A stretch of DNA of 64,000 nt from an uncultured Clostridia bacterium. GTDB taxonomy: Bacteria > Acidobacteriota > Blastocatellia > UBA7656. The notes beneath the pieces were generated by a model. That model was not told the origin of the DNA, ran no database searches, and saw only the letters and a list, made by a program, of their open reading frames with translations. This document shows, piece by piece, positions 9,355 to 19,961 of the stretch (its first letter is position 1; each line of letters begins with the position of its first letter). The translations under genes and the position numbers were made by a program. The stretch lies in NCBI GenBank assembly GCA_964615905.1, contig CAZTUB010000014.1, positions 88,057 to 152,056 of the forward strand, read 5' to 3'.

Positions 9355-10284
9355 TTGATGAGAGTGGCCCGTCGGCATAGCGACAGGGGGTGGAGACAGG
9401 CAATGGAACCTCATGATAGACGCGGCCTGATAGAGGTCTGGCGGCCCGACGGCCTGGCCCAGCTCGAATTGCGGCGAGGCTTCTCGGTCGCGCGCCCGGT
9501 GCCTCGTCACTGGCACGAAGAATACCAGCTCTGTCTCGTCCAATCGGGGTCGGGCGAGCTGAGGTACCGGGGCGCGGACCATCTCACGCCGCCCGCGAGC
9601 CTGTTCATAGTTCACCCCGGAGAGGTCCATTCAAACCGCGCATACGGCAGCCGGGGCTGTAGCTACAGGGACATGTTCGTCGGCCCGGAATTGATGCGCT
9701 CGACCGCCGCCGAAGTCGAGGGGAAAGAGCGCGGGCTGCCTTTCTTCAAGACCGCGATAGTCTGCGACGGCGAGGTGATCGAGAAGTACCTCGACCTGCA
9801 CCTGGCGCTTGAGCGACCGTCATCGAGCCTTGAGACAGACGCGCTCGTTTTGAACCTGGTCGCTCTGCTGCTCGCGCGCTTTGCGGAGAACCGGGCGCGC
9901 GCAAGCCGCGCGGGTCTTGAGCGGCGAGCTATCAGCGGCGCGTGCGATTATCTTGTCGAGCATTATGCCGAGAACGTCTCGCTGGAGACTCTGGCGCGCA
10001 TGGCGAACCTGAGCCCTTTCCATTTCAACCGCGTCTTTTCGGAGCAGAAGGGCATGCCCCCTCACGCCTTCCAGACCCAACTGCGCGTGTCGCGCGCAAA
10101 GTCGCTGCTGCGCGCGGGCTTGGCGATCCCGCAGGTGGCGGCCCAGACAGGCTTCGCGGATCAAAGCCATCTGACACGCCACTTCAAACGGCTGGTCGGA
10201 GTCCCGCCCGGCCAGTACATCCAAAACCGCCACTACACCGAACAGAGCAAGAACGTTCAAGACATACTCGCGCGGTCGCGTTAA
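9355..10284 (+). CDS. AraC-family transcriptional regulator (cupin sensor domain plus HTH_18)
   Basis: The C-terminus carries an AraC HTH (LETLARMANLSPFHFNRVFSEQKGMPPHAFQTQLRVSRAKSLL...QTGFADQSHLTRHFKRLVGVPPGQY). The start is uncertain; an alternative ATG lies at 9403. Confidence 0.8.
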   Translation: MMRVARRHSDRGWRQAMEPHDRRGLIEVWRPDGLAQLELRRGFSVARPVPRHWHEEYQLCLVQSGSGELRYRGADHLTPPASLFIVHPGEVHSNRAYGSRGCSYRDMFVGPELMRSTAAEVEGKERGLPFFKTAIVCDGEVIEKYLDLHLALERPSSSLETDALVLNLVALLLARFAENRARASRAGLERRAISGACDYLVEHYAENVSLETLARMANLSPFHFNRVFSEQKGMPPHAFQTQLRVSRAKSLLRAGLAIPQVAAQTGFADQSHLTRHFKRLVGVPPGQYIQNRHYTEQSKNVQDILARSR

Positions 10285-10305
10285 ATTTCGTCGAGCCCGG
10301 CTTTC

Positions 10306-11469
10306 ATGCTACCGAAGCAGAGGAATGACGCTGAGATGAGACCGCTAAGATCAAAACCCCTGGAATTAAGAGCCCTGAAATTAAGAACCCTGCAAATCAT
10401 CGCGCTCGTGTTGATAAACTCGACAGCGCTCGTCGCCGACTCGGTGAATACGAAGGAGCGGACCGCGACCCGCGTTGCCGAAGGCGTATACATGATCCGC
10501 CATAAGGACGCCCCCGACGGCTTCCCTCAAGGAAATACCACCGTGATTATAGGCGAGCGCGAGGCGCTGGTGGTCGACTCCTGCTACCTGCCTTCGTCCG
10601 CGCGCGAAGACATAGCGCAGATTCGCCAGTGGACAAACAAGCCCGTCCGTTATCTGCTCAACACGCACTGGCACTACGACCACACGCTCGGCAATAGCGC
10701 ATACGCCGAAAGCTTCCCGCAGCTTGTGATAATCGCGCACCGGGAGACGAGGCGGCAGATCGAGGGCTACAACCCCGGCTGGTTCGACAGGTACCCGCAG
10801 CGCCGCGAGCTGTTCAAGCAGATGATCGACACGGGCAAGGACCGCGACGGCAACCCGCTGACCGAAGCTCAACTCAGAGATTACCGGGCCGCGCTTGAAG
10901 GGGTCGAGCCGGTCGAGGCCGAATTCAAGAACCTTGTCGACCGGATGCCCAACTTGATGTTCGACCAGGCGCTTACAATCGATCTTGGAAACCGCGAGGT
11001 CGAGATCAAACATCTCGGACGCGGCAACACGGCTGGCGACGCAATCGTCTACCTGCCGAAAGAGAAGATACTGATTGCGGGCGACCTGCTCGATCACCCC
11101 GTGCCGTACCTGGGCGGCGGCTACCCGTCGGAGCTTATAATGACGCTCAAGAGGATGGCCGCGCTCGACGCGCAGGCGATCATCCCCGGCCACGGCGAGC
11201 TTATGCGAGGCGACCACGCAAGGACGCACTTGAAGCACGTGACAGACTTCGTCGAGGCGGTGGTCGCGGAGGTAAACAAAGAGGTATACCGGGCGGGAAA
11301 CTCGTCTCGAAAACTCGAAGAGGTGCAAAGGGCCGTGCGCAAAGCTATCGAATCGACACCGTGGCGGCAACGCTTTGGCGGAGACGACAAAGACAACCTC
11401 GACTTCTTTGATACCTTCAGCCTGCCGGGTCTTGTGACGGCCGCCTACGCAGAAGCCTGGCGGAGATGA
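10306..11469 (+). CDS. Secreted MBL-fold metallo-hydrolase
   Basis: The HxHxDH motif (NTHWHYDH) is present, and a signal-like segment LQIIALVLINSTALVA. An alternative start lies at 10336 (MRPLRSK). Confidence 0.75.
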   Translation: MLPKQRNDAEMRPLRSKPLELRALKLRTLQIIALVLINSTALVADSVNTKERTATRVAEGVYMIRHKDAPDGFPQGNTTVIIGEREALVVDSCYLPSSAREDIAQIRQWTNKPVRYLLNTHWHYDHTLGNSAYAESFPQLVIIAHRETRRQIEGYNPGWFDRYPQRRELFKQMIDTGKDRDGNPLTEAQLRDYRAALEGVEPVEAEFKNLVDRMPNLMFDQALTIDLGNREVEIKHLGRGNTAGDAIVYLPKEKILIAGDLLDHPVPYLGGGYPSELIMTLKRMAALDAQAIIPGHGELMRGDHARTHLKHVTDFVEAVVAEVNKEVYRAGNSSRKLEEVQRAVRKAIESTPWRQRFGGDDKDNLDFFDTFSLPGLVTAAYAEAWRR

Positions 11470-11497
11470 CTCGACTAAGCGCAAACGACCGACCCAT

Positions 11498-11530
11498 AAG
11501 CCCGGCCTTTTTAGCCGGGCTTTTCTTTCT
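11498..11530 (+). terminator. Rho-independent terminator after the MBL hydrolase gene
   Basis: AGCCCGGC-CTTTTT-AGCCGGGCT stem-loop followed by TTTCTTTCTT. Confidence 0.6.
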
Positions 11531-11605
11531 TCTAAAGCCCTGACCGATGACTGCAAAACTGTTAAGATGACAACCCTGTAGATTATAGCCGCGCGATTTT
11601 AAGAG

Positions 11606-11971
11606 GTGAATATGACCCCAGACGACGCACTGGCGTTGATTATCTCCGAAGCTCGCCCTGACGGAGACAGCCTGCTTGCAAGCGTTAAAAACGGCGAAGA
11701 GCCCGGCACCCAGAGGATGAGCCGGCTCATCTCTGCGCTCGCCGTTATATTCCACTCGCTTGGCGGTCGGGCTGAGATTGATCGAAAGCTGGCAGCCGCC
11801 CTCTTCGCTTTAGGCTCGGAACTGCCCTTGACGATAAGCTCGCTCGCGAGCCGTGGCCACTCCTGGCGCAGAGGGTTTATGGAGGACGAGGTCTACGAGC
11901 TGCTGATGGGCGTTCAGAGCATCTTCGAGGACCGCCCTGTAGGGCCTGAGCCCGCAGAGACTGTACATTGA
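11606..11971 (+). CDS. Hypothetical protein (121 aa)
   Basis: RBS AGAGGTGA precedes the ATG. Its stop overlaps the start region of the downstream DinB gene, suggesting an operon. No recognisable domain. Confidence 0.45.
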   Translation: MNMTPDDALALIISEARPDGDSLLASVKNGEEPGTQRMSRLISALAVIFHSLGGRAEIDRKLAAALFALGSELPLTISSLASRGHSWRRGFMEDEVYELLMGVQSIFEDRPVGPEPAETVH

Positions 11972-11985
11972 TAGAGGTGAGCGGT

Positions 11986-12456
11986 ATGCAAAATTATGTG
12001 ATCGAGCTGCGCGAGGTGGTCGAAGCGGCTTACTCGGAGCTGCTTCGAATCTCGGATGCGGAGAGCGCGCGCAGGATTTCCGGTGATAAGTGGTCGCCGC
12101 GCGAGGTCATCGGTCACCTGATCGATTCGGCGTCGGTTAACCACCAGCGGTTCGTCCGCGCGCAGTTCCAAGACGATCTTATCTTTCCCGGCTACGAGCA
12201 GGAGGACTGGGTCAGGGTCCAGCGCTACGGCGACGCGCCGTGGGAAGAGCTGCTCTCGCTTTGGCGGAGTTATAACCTGCACATCGCTCACGTCATGGCC
12301 ACCGCGCCCGAAGACATTCGCAGGCGCAAGCAGACCGCGCACAGCCTCCACAAGATCGGGTGGCAGGCGGTCGCAGAGGGCGAGCCGACGACGCTCGATT
12401 ATTTGATGCGCGATTATGTCGGCCATCTGAAACATCACCTGCGCCAGATTCTTTGA
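11986..12456 (+). CDS. DinB/YfiT-like (DinB_2) metal-dependent four-helix-bundle protein
   Basis: It has the DinB-superfamily His triad spacing (WSPREVIGHLID...HHL). The ATG at 11986 follows RBS GAGGTGA; the track's TTG at 11968 is less likely. Confidence 0.7.
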   Translation: MQNYVIELREVVEAAYSELLRISDAESARRISGDKWSPREVIGHLIDSASVNHQRFVRAQFQDDLIFPGYEQEDWVRVQRYGDAPWEELLSLWRSYNLHIAHVMATAPEDIRRRKQTAHSLHKIGWQAVAEGEPTTLDYLMRDYVGHLKHHLRQIL

Positions 12457-12619
12457 CCGAACACCTCACAGCTTTCTCCTCTACACGTAATCGTATGCTA
12501 AAGCCGCTTTTGGTATACGCGGCTTAACCTGCGCGGCCCTTTTGAGCCCTTCTTCGCTGGCCCTAGGATTGCTGTGTCTACTGCCGCTCGTGCCAACCCG
12601 ATTGCCTTTAGGAGATTTT

Positions 12620-13327
12620 ATGAAGACCTCACACGCTCGTAACTGCTTTCGATTCGGATTACTGATAGCGGCGCTGTTGTGCGCAAGCGCGCGAACGGCC
12701 AGCGCCCAACAGTTTCAACTGGGGATAGATTTTTCAACCGTGGTTCCAACAGGCAGCTTTAGCGATAACGTCACAAACAACGGGTACGGCGTCGGCGGCC
12801 AGTTTCTTGTGGGTATCGGCCGCAGCCCGTTTCATCTGGGAGTAGACGCCGCGTTTGCCAATTACGGCTCCGAAGAGCACGAAGAGCCGCTCAGCCCTAC
12901 CATCCCCGAAGTGACGTTGAAGGTTAAGACCGACAACAACATCATTCTGACTCACCTCTTGCTGAGAGCCCAGCCTCGCAGCGGCAGAATCCGCCCTTAC
13001 GCGGACGGGCTCATCGGGCTCAAGTACCTGTTCACGCGGACGAGCATACGCAACGACACGGACGACGAGGAGCTTGCGGGCACTACGAACTTCAGCGACA
13101 CGACCTTCAGTTACGGGTTTGGCGGAGGTGTTCAAATCAGGCTCGCCGATCTCGGTTCGGGCGGCGATATATCGTTCGACAGCAAGGTGAGGTATTTAAG
13201 GGGGTCGCAGGCCGAATACCTGAAAAAAGGCTCGATACGGCGGCAAAACGGCTCGGTCTTGTTCGACGTGCTCTCTTCGCGGACAGACGTCGTAACGGTG
13301 CAGCTTGGGGTGACCTTCCGTTTCTGA
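12620..13327 (+). CDS. Outer-membrane beta-barrel protein (OmpA-like/porin family)
   Basis: It has a signal peptide (MKTSHARNCFRFGLLIAALLCASARTASAQQ) and alternating amphipathic beta strands. The C-terminus ends in the aromatic residue typical of OMPs (VTFRF). Confidence 0.65.
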   Translation: MKTSHARNCFRFGLLIAALLCASARTASAQQFQLGIDFSTVVPTGSFSDNVTNNGYGVGGQFLVGIGRSPFHLGVDAAFANYGSEEHEEPLSPTIPEVTLKVKTDNNIILTHLLLRAQPRSGRIRPYADGLIGLKYLFTRTSIRNDTDDEELAGTTNFSDTTFSYGFGGGVQIRLADLGSGGDISFDSKVRYLRGSQAEYLKKGSIRRQNGSVLFDVLSSRTDVVTVQLGVTFRF

Positions 13328-13431
13328 CCCGGTCTCGAAAAAGGTCGAAAAGTAAACGCCGGGAACAATGCGCTTCGTGAAGTGTCTAAGTAAGAAGCAA
13401 GCGCCGACTGCCTCGACGGGGAGGAAACCGA

Positions 13432-13842
13432 ATGGCACGGCGCGAACCATCTCCCAGCATAAATGTAACGCCGCTTGTCGACGTTCTTTTAGTCCTGCTG
13501 ATTATCTTCTTTGTGATTCAGCCTCAACGAGAGGCAAAGTTTGATACACAGATACCCCATAAGCCGGAAGAGACTCCTGCGCTTGAGCCCCCGGCTGATC
13601 TGCTGGTGGTCGAAGTTATATCGGGCAGCGGTCTTGACCTGATCGTCGAGTTGAACTCGCATCCCATGTCGTTAATAGAACTGGGAACCACACTCAAAGA
13701 GCTGCTCGAACAGCGCCCGGCCAGGGATGTGTTCGTCAAAGCGTCAAAAGAGAGGCGTTACGGCGACATCGTGCACGTTATAGATGTTTTGAAGGGAGCA
13801 GGAGCAGCGCCAATCGGGCTTCAAATAGACTTTCTGTCGTAG
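13432..13842 (+). CDS. exbD: Biopolymer transport protein ExbD/TolR
   Basis: The N-terminal TM signature INVTPLVDVLLVLLIIF is present and the protein is 136 aa. RBS GGGAGGAAA precedes the ATG. Confidence 0.8.
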   Translation: MARREPSPSINVTPLVDVLLVLLIIFFVIQPQREAKFDTQIPHKPEETPALEPPADLLVVEVISGSGLDLIVELNSHPMSLIELGTTLKELLEQRPARDVFVKASKERRYGDIVHVIDVLKGAGAAPIGLQIDFLS

Positions 13843-13974
13843 AGATATCTATCCGTCTTTTCTTCGTAATCTTCCCCAATTGCCCGCCTTACTGTCAGCA
13901 GGGGTCTTATCCCCGTTTCCGCCTCAAGGTGTAACCAAATCGGCGCGGCCGGTGTCTAGCTTATTGAGGCAATT

Positions 13975-15480
13975 ATGAAGAACAAGATTAATAAGTTCAC
14001 TCAAATCATAAGCAAGCGGCGGGGGCTTTTAACCATCCTGGCGACACTGGCCGCCGTCGTCGTCTTTGCGGCCGCTTTCTGGGGCAAAAAGGCCAACGCG
14101 AGCGATTATATGACCGCAAAGGCCGAGCGCGGCTCTGTACAGGTGGCGGTCTCCGCTACCGGAACTGTGCAGGCGGTAAAGACCGTTCAGGTCGGCTCGC
14201 AGGCTTCGGGCACTGTCGCCTGGCTCGGCGTCGACTTCAATTCCGAGGTTAAGCAGGGACAGGTCATCGCGCGGCTCGATTCTTCGACCTTCGAAGCGCA
14301 GATCCAAAACGCGCGCGCAAGCGTAGCCAATGCTCAGGCAGCCGTTCAGGCCGCGACCACAGAGATAACGAACCAGGACGCGAATGTGCTGGCGGCGAAG
14401 GCTAACGCAGAGGTTGCGCGCGTGCAGGGTGTTGACGCTGTGGCCGTCGCCAACAGGTATAAAGATTTGCAAAACGTCGTGCCGGGCCGCGACATAGAGT
14501 CTGCGCAGGCGCAGGCGAGCGTGGCGGCAGGGCGTATGGCGCAGGCGACCGCGCAGGTCGCGCAGGCTGAGGCCGCGCGCCAGACTTCGCGCGCCCGGCT
14601 CGAACAGGCACGCGCACAGCTCGCGCAGGCAACAGCGCAGCTCGAACAGGCTCAGGTGAACCTCGCCCACACCGTTATCGCATCGCCTATTGACGGCGTG
14701 GTCGTGTCGCGAAGCGTGGACGTAGGCCAGACCGTTGCGGCCAGCCTTCAGGCTCCGACCCTCTTCACCATAGCAAACGACCTGACGAAGATGCAGGTGC
14801 TAGCCTCGATTGACGAGGCAGACGTAGGCCAGGTCCGCGAGGGCATCAAGGCCAACTTCACCGTAGACGCTTTTCCGAACCAGGCTTTCACGGGCCGCGT
14901 GTCGCAGATCAGGCTCGACGCGCAGAACCTGCAAAACGTGGTCACATACACTGCGGTTATCGAGGTCCAAAATCCTGAGCTGAAGCTGCGCCCAGGCATG
15001 ACCGCGAATATCACTCTGCCGGTAGCCGAGCGCGAAAACGTGCTGACGGTTCCCAATGCCGCGCTTCGCTTTAAACCTGTGCTTACCGAAAAGGAGCAAG
15101 AGGAGATGCGCGCGGAGATGGAAGCGCGCCGCCAGCAAAGAACCGAGCAGCGGGCCGAGCGTCAGCAGAACGGAGGCCAGCAAAACGGCGAGCAGACAGC
15201 GCGTGCGGCGGGCCGTGAAGGCGCTGCCGAGCGCGGCGCGGCGCGAGCGCAGGGCCAGCAGGTCTGGGTGCTCGTAGAAGGTAAGAAGCTTGAGCCTCGC
15301 TTCGTTCGCACGGGGCTGACCGACGGCCGGGCTACAGAGATCGTCTCCGGCAACCTCGAAGAAGGCGAGACAATCGTCACCGGCCAGAATGAAGCAGCCG
15401 GCGCTACTCGCGGGCAGCAGCAGACCGCTTCGCCCTTCGGCGGCCAGCGGCGACCCGGCGGCGGAGGCCGCAGACAGTAA
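13975..15480 (+). CDS. Periplasmic adaptor subunit of an efflux transporter (HlyD/MacA family)
   Basis: An N-terminal TM anchor is followed by the biotinyl-lipoyl-like segment (GTVQAVKTVQVGSQASGTV). A long Ala/Gln-rich coiled-coil hairpin and a beta-barrel domain follow. An ABC ATPase and permease lie downstream. Confidence 0.8.
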   Translation: MKNKINKFTQIISKRRGLLTILATLAAVVVFAAAFWGKKANASDYMTAKAERGSVQVAVSATGTVQAVKTVQVGSQASGTVAWLGVDFNSEVKQGQVIARLDSSTFEAQIQNARASVANAQAAVQAATTEITNQDANVLAAKANAEVARVQGVDAVAVANRYKDLQNVVPGRDIESAQAQASVAAGRMAQATAQVAQAEAARQTSRARLEQARAQLAQATAQLEQAQVNLAHTVIASPIDGVVVSRSVDVGQTVAASLQAPTLFTIANDLTKMQVLASIDEADVGQVREGIKANFTVDAFPNQAFTGRVSQIRLDAQNLQNVVTYTAVIEVQNPELKLRPGMTANITLPVAERENVLTVPNAALRFKPVLTEKEQEEMRAEMEARRQQRTEQRAERQQNGGQQNGEQTARAAGREGAAERGAARAQGQQVWVLVEGKKLEPRFVRTGLTDGRATEIVSGNLEEGETIVTGQNEAAGATRGQQQTASPFGGQRRPGGGGRRQ

Positions 15481-15499
15481 GCGGCGTGAGGCGTGAGGC

Positions 15500-15583
15500 G
15501 TTAACCGTAAACCGTGACAAGAACGTGTGAACAACGAGAGCGTCGTTTCCCTCTTGTCACGGTTTACGGTTAACGGTTTACGG
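15500..15583. repeat. Hairpin repeat family copy A (heptamer-built inverted repeat, GTTAACCGTAAACCGTGACAAG arms)
   Basis: The 22-bp arms are perfectly complementary (15500-15521 and 15553-15574) around a loop of about 30 nt. It lies between the adaptor and ABC ATPase genes. Confidence 0.8.
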
Positions 15584-15603
15584 AAAAGGATTTAGGAGAA
15601 CCA

Positions 15604-16421
15604 ATGGCAACTCAGGTTATAACAGGTATTCGGGCGAACGACATTGTGGCGGAGGCTCTTCGCGAGCCGAAAGACGCGCTGATCGCGCTTGAAAGCGTCT
15701 ACAAGACCTATCAGATGGGCGATGTCGAAATAAACGCGCTGCGCGGGGTGTCGCTTCAAGTAAACCCCGGCGAGTTCGTGGCGATAATGGGAACGTCGGG
15801 GTCGGGCAAGTCTACGACTATGAATATACTCGGATGCCTCGACCGCCCGACGCGCGGCCACTATTACCTCGAAGGCGAAGACGTGTCGCGCCTGTCTAAA
15901 GACGAGCTGGCCGATATCCGCAACAGCAAGATCGGTTTCGTCTTTCAAAGCTTCAACCTGCTTTCGCGCACTTCGGCCCTTGAGAACGTAGAGCTTCCGA
16001 TGCTCTACCTCGGAGTCAAACCGTCCGAGCGCGCCCAGCGGGCGAAAGAGGCGCTTGAGCTTGTGGGGTTGAAGGACCGCATACACAACATGCCGAACCA
16101 GCTTTCAGGCGGGCAGCAGCAGCGCGTTGCAATCGCGCGCTCTCTGGTCAACCGCCCCGCGATAATTCTGGCCGACGAGCCGACGGGCAACCTCGACAGC
16201 CGCACTTCAATCGAGGTTATGGACATATTTCAACGGCTCAACCGCGAGCGCGGGATAACCGTCGCCTTGGTAACGCACGAGCCTGACATTGCCGAGTACG
16301 CCAGCCGCGTGATCGTCTTCAAGGACGGGCGAATCAAACGCGATTATCAGGTTGAAAATCGCCGCTCTGCTCGCGAAGAGCTCGTTAATCTTCCCGCGGG
16401 CGAAGAGGAGGACGACGAATT

Positions 16422-16425
<4 letters not shown>
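15604..16425 (+). CDS. ABC transporter ATP-binding protein (MacB/LolD-type)
   Basis: Walker A (GTSGSGKST), the ABC signature ([15 protein letters not shown]) and Walker B ([11 protein letters not shown]) are all present. Confidence 0.9.
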
Positions 16426-17645
<1,220 letters not shown>

Positions 17646-17662
17646 GATTCAAGCAACAGTTG

Positions 17663-17690
17663 CGAGGGGCGGCTTTCAGTGGCCGCCCCT
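17663..17690. terminator. GC-rich hairpin between the convergent permease and GH/RmlD genes (possible bidirectional terminator, no clear U-tract)
   Basis: AGGGGCGGC-TTTCAGTG-GCCGCCCCT has a 9-bp stem, but no T-run follows on either strand. Confidence 0.3.
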
Positions 17691-17702
17691 GCGACCTTGC
17701 TC

Positions 17703-19961
17703 CTACACCGTCGCCGCCATCGCCGCTTCCTGCTCTCTCCTGATGATATGACCCCATCGCTCTTGAGCATATCGCAATAGCGCGTCTTCAAGCGGAGGCA
17801 TCAAGCTAGCGCGCTCGCTCGCCAGCACGCCGTATAACGGGCGCGGCGCTGGCAGATTGAGCGACGCGGTTGACACCGGTTCTATCAAGCTCGTCCTAAG
17901 CCGTAAAATTTCAGCGGCCCTGCCCGCAAGCTCCGCCCAGGTGACCTCGCCCGCGTTTGCCAGATGCCAGATTCCGCTCTCGCCGTCGATCAACAGGTCG
18001 AGAGTCGACTCGACAAGGTCGGGCACGTAAGTCGGCGACACTCGCGCATCAGAGGCGGCGGTAAACCTGCGGCCCTCGACAAGCGAGCTGAGCGCGATGT
18101 GGACGAAGTTGTGCGTATCCCACGGCCCAAAAAACGCGCTGGTCCTTATCACAAGGGCCGTCGGGAGAATATCGAGCACCCTTTGTTCCGCTTCGGCCTT
18201 GCTTCGACCGTAGACGTTGAGCGGCGAGACCGCGTCGCTTTCGACATAAGGCCGCGCTTTCCGCCCGTCAAAGACCAGGTCGGACGAGAAGGTAACGAAC
18301 ATCGCGCCGCGACGAGCGCACTCGGCCGCCAGGGTGGCCGGGCCGTCCGAGTTCTCGCGCATGCAGGCTTCCGCTTCTTGCTCGGCCTGATCCACCCGGA
18401 CGAAACCCGCTGTGTTGACGACCGCCCACGGGTCAAGCTCTTCAAGCGCAGCCTGGACGGAGCGAGGATCGGCTATATCCATCTCGGCGCGAGTAAGCAG
18501 ACGGAATGGGATGCCGCGCGCGGCGCATATGTGCGCGAAAGCACGCCCAAGCGTCCCGGTCGCGCCTGTTATGACCAGCGGGCGCGCACGGCCTATACTC
18601 AAGTCTATGCTGGCGTGGTCTATCCCCGGCCGTTCGTGGTGCGGGAGGTAGTGGAGCCTGTCGAGCCTGTGCCACCAGCCGGGCGATTGAAGCAAGGGGT
18701 GATCGTGCGCGCCTTTCGTGGCCAGGTCTTTAGCCATGCGGGCAATCGCGGTGGGCCTTGGCCGTGGAGCGCGCAGGTCGAACACTCCCGCTTCATAATA
18801 GCCCGTCTTCTCCGTCAGAAGCCTGTTCCAGTCGTAAGAGCCGAGCAGCGCCCACAGGGTCACGGCGCGAACGTCTGCCCCTCTCCGGTTGAGATCGACC
18901 GCCGCAGACCATACTTCGTAGACCCATCGCAATTGCTCTTCGCGGCTGCATCCGAGATGCGCCTCCGTCACCGCGAGCGGGATTGAGTATCGCTGCCACG
19001 CCTCTTCGAGCAACGCGCGCGGGCCTGCGAGCCCTTCGCCTATCACCCTTACCGCTTCGACATCGGCGTACCTCTGAAAAGCGTTGCCGCCGTGGGTCGT
19101 GGCAGGATAGCGGTCGAGCCTCTCATCGAGAAACCTTTCGCTCGTCAGGTAATGATTGACGCCAAGCACATCCGGCGGGCAAGCGTTTTCGAGAAACCAT
19201 TCCAGCTCGCTTTGACCGACGCCCGCCTCTTTCAGATAACCCCACATCATATGGTCCCGATCTACCAGCCCCGCGAGCAGGTCGAAGCTCAGCCAGCGCC
19301 GCTCGTTTTCAAACCGCGCCTGGTATGCGAGGCCGGGCGTGCTGAAGCACTTGCCGAGGTCTTCGGTCTGAATAAGACGGGCTTCGCTGTTGACTTCGCG
19401 TATGGCCCGCATCGCTAGCACCGTCGCTTTGCACTCTTGCACGAGCGCGCGCGCAAAGGACCTGTCACTGCGGTCGTGCGGGTACCAGTGGCCGTACAGG
19501 CCGCTGAATCGCGCTGTGGTCAGGGGCTCGTTGATCGGAGTATAGTCGCGCACCCACGGGTAGCGCCGCGCAACCGCGCTCGCATAAGCCGCAAGCTTTT
19601 CCGGGAATTCCAGGTCGACAAGGCTCGTGTAACGCGGGCCGCTTCCGTGATGCACAAGCCCCGCTATCGCATTGATGCCAAGCTCGCTGAGCCTCGCAAG
19701 ACGCCGGTCCACCCAGGACCAGTCCTGCTCGTCGGGCCTTGTCGGCGCGACCTGCTCCCAGAGCACAGGGTAACGCAGCGCGCGCACGCCCAGGTCGGCA
19801 AAAAGGTCGAGGTCTTCCAGCCTGTCGATGTGGCCGCTCGATTCCAGTTGATTATGATAATCATCTCTTACGCGGACGACGCTGCATTCGACGCCGGCCC
19901 ATAATTCGGGTTTCGCTACTTCAGGATTAGCTCCGTCTGACTCTTTATTCAAAATATTCAT
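17703..19961 (-). CDS. Two-domain protein fusing an N-terminal family-1-like glycosyl hydrolase TIM barrel to a C-terminal dTDP-4-dehydrorhamnose reductase (RmlD-type) domain
   Basis: The N-terminal half has GH1-like motifs (YTPINEPLTTA with NEP acid/base; VTEAHLG). The C-terminal half has the Rossmann motif ITGATGTLG and RmlD-like sequence (AVVNTAGFVRVDQAE...LVIRTSAFFGPW). Confidence 0.7.
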   Translation of the reverse strand: MNILNKESDGANPEVAKPELWAGVECSVVRVRDDYHNQLESSGHIDRLEDLDLFADLGVRALRYPVLWEQVAPTRPDEQDWSWVDRRLARLSELGINAIAGLVHHGSGPRYTSLVDLEFPEKLAAYASAVARRYPWVRDYTPINEPLTTARFSGLYGHWYPHDRSDRSFARALVQECKATVLAMRAIREVNSEARLIQTEDLGKCFSTPGLAYQARFENERRWLSFDLLAGLVDRDHMMWGYLKEAGVGQSELEWFLENACPPDVLGVNHYLTSERFLDERLDRYPATTHGGNAFQRYADVEAVRVIGEGLAGPRALLEEAWQRYSIPLAVTEAHLGCSREEQLRWVYEVWSAAVDLNRRGADVRAVTLWALLGSYDWNRLLTEKTGYYEAGVFDLRAPRPRPTAIARMAKDLATKGAHDHPLLQSPGWWHRLDRLHYLPHHERPGIDHASIDLSIGRARPLVITGATGTLGRAFAHICAARGIPFRLLTRAEMDIADPRSVQAALEELDPWAVVNTAGFVRVDQAEQEAEACMRENSDGPATLAAECARRGAMFVTFSSDLVFDGRKARPYVESDAVSPLNVYGRSKAEAEQRVLDILPTALVIRTSAFFGPWDTHNFVHIALSSLVEGRRFTAASDARVSPTYVPDLVESTLDLLIDGESGIWHLANAGEVTWAELAGRAAEILRLRTSLIEPVSTASLNLPAPRPLYGVLASERASLMPPLEDALLRYAQERWGHIIRREQEAAMAATV

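Noticed and set aside
14300-14700. The Ala/Gln-rich repetitive stretch in the adaptor gene.
   Set aside because: It is the coiled-coil alpha-hairpin of an HlyD/MacA-family adaptor, not a nucleotide repeat element.
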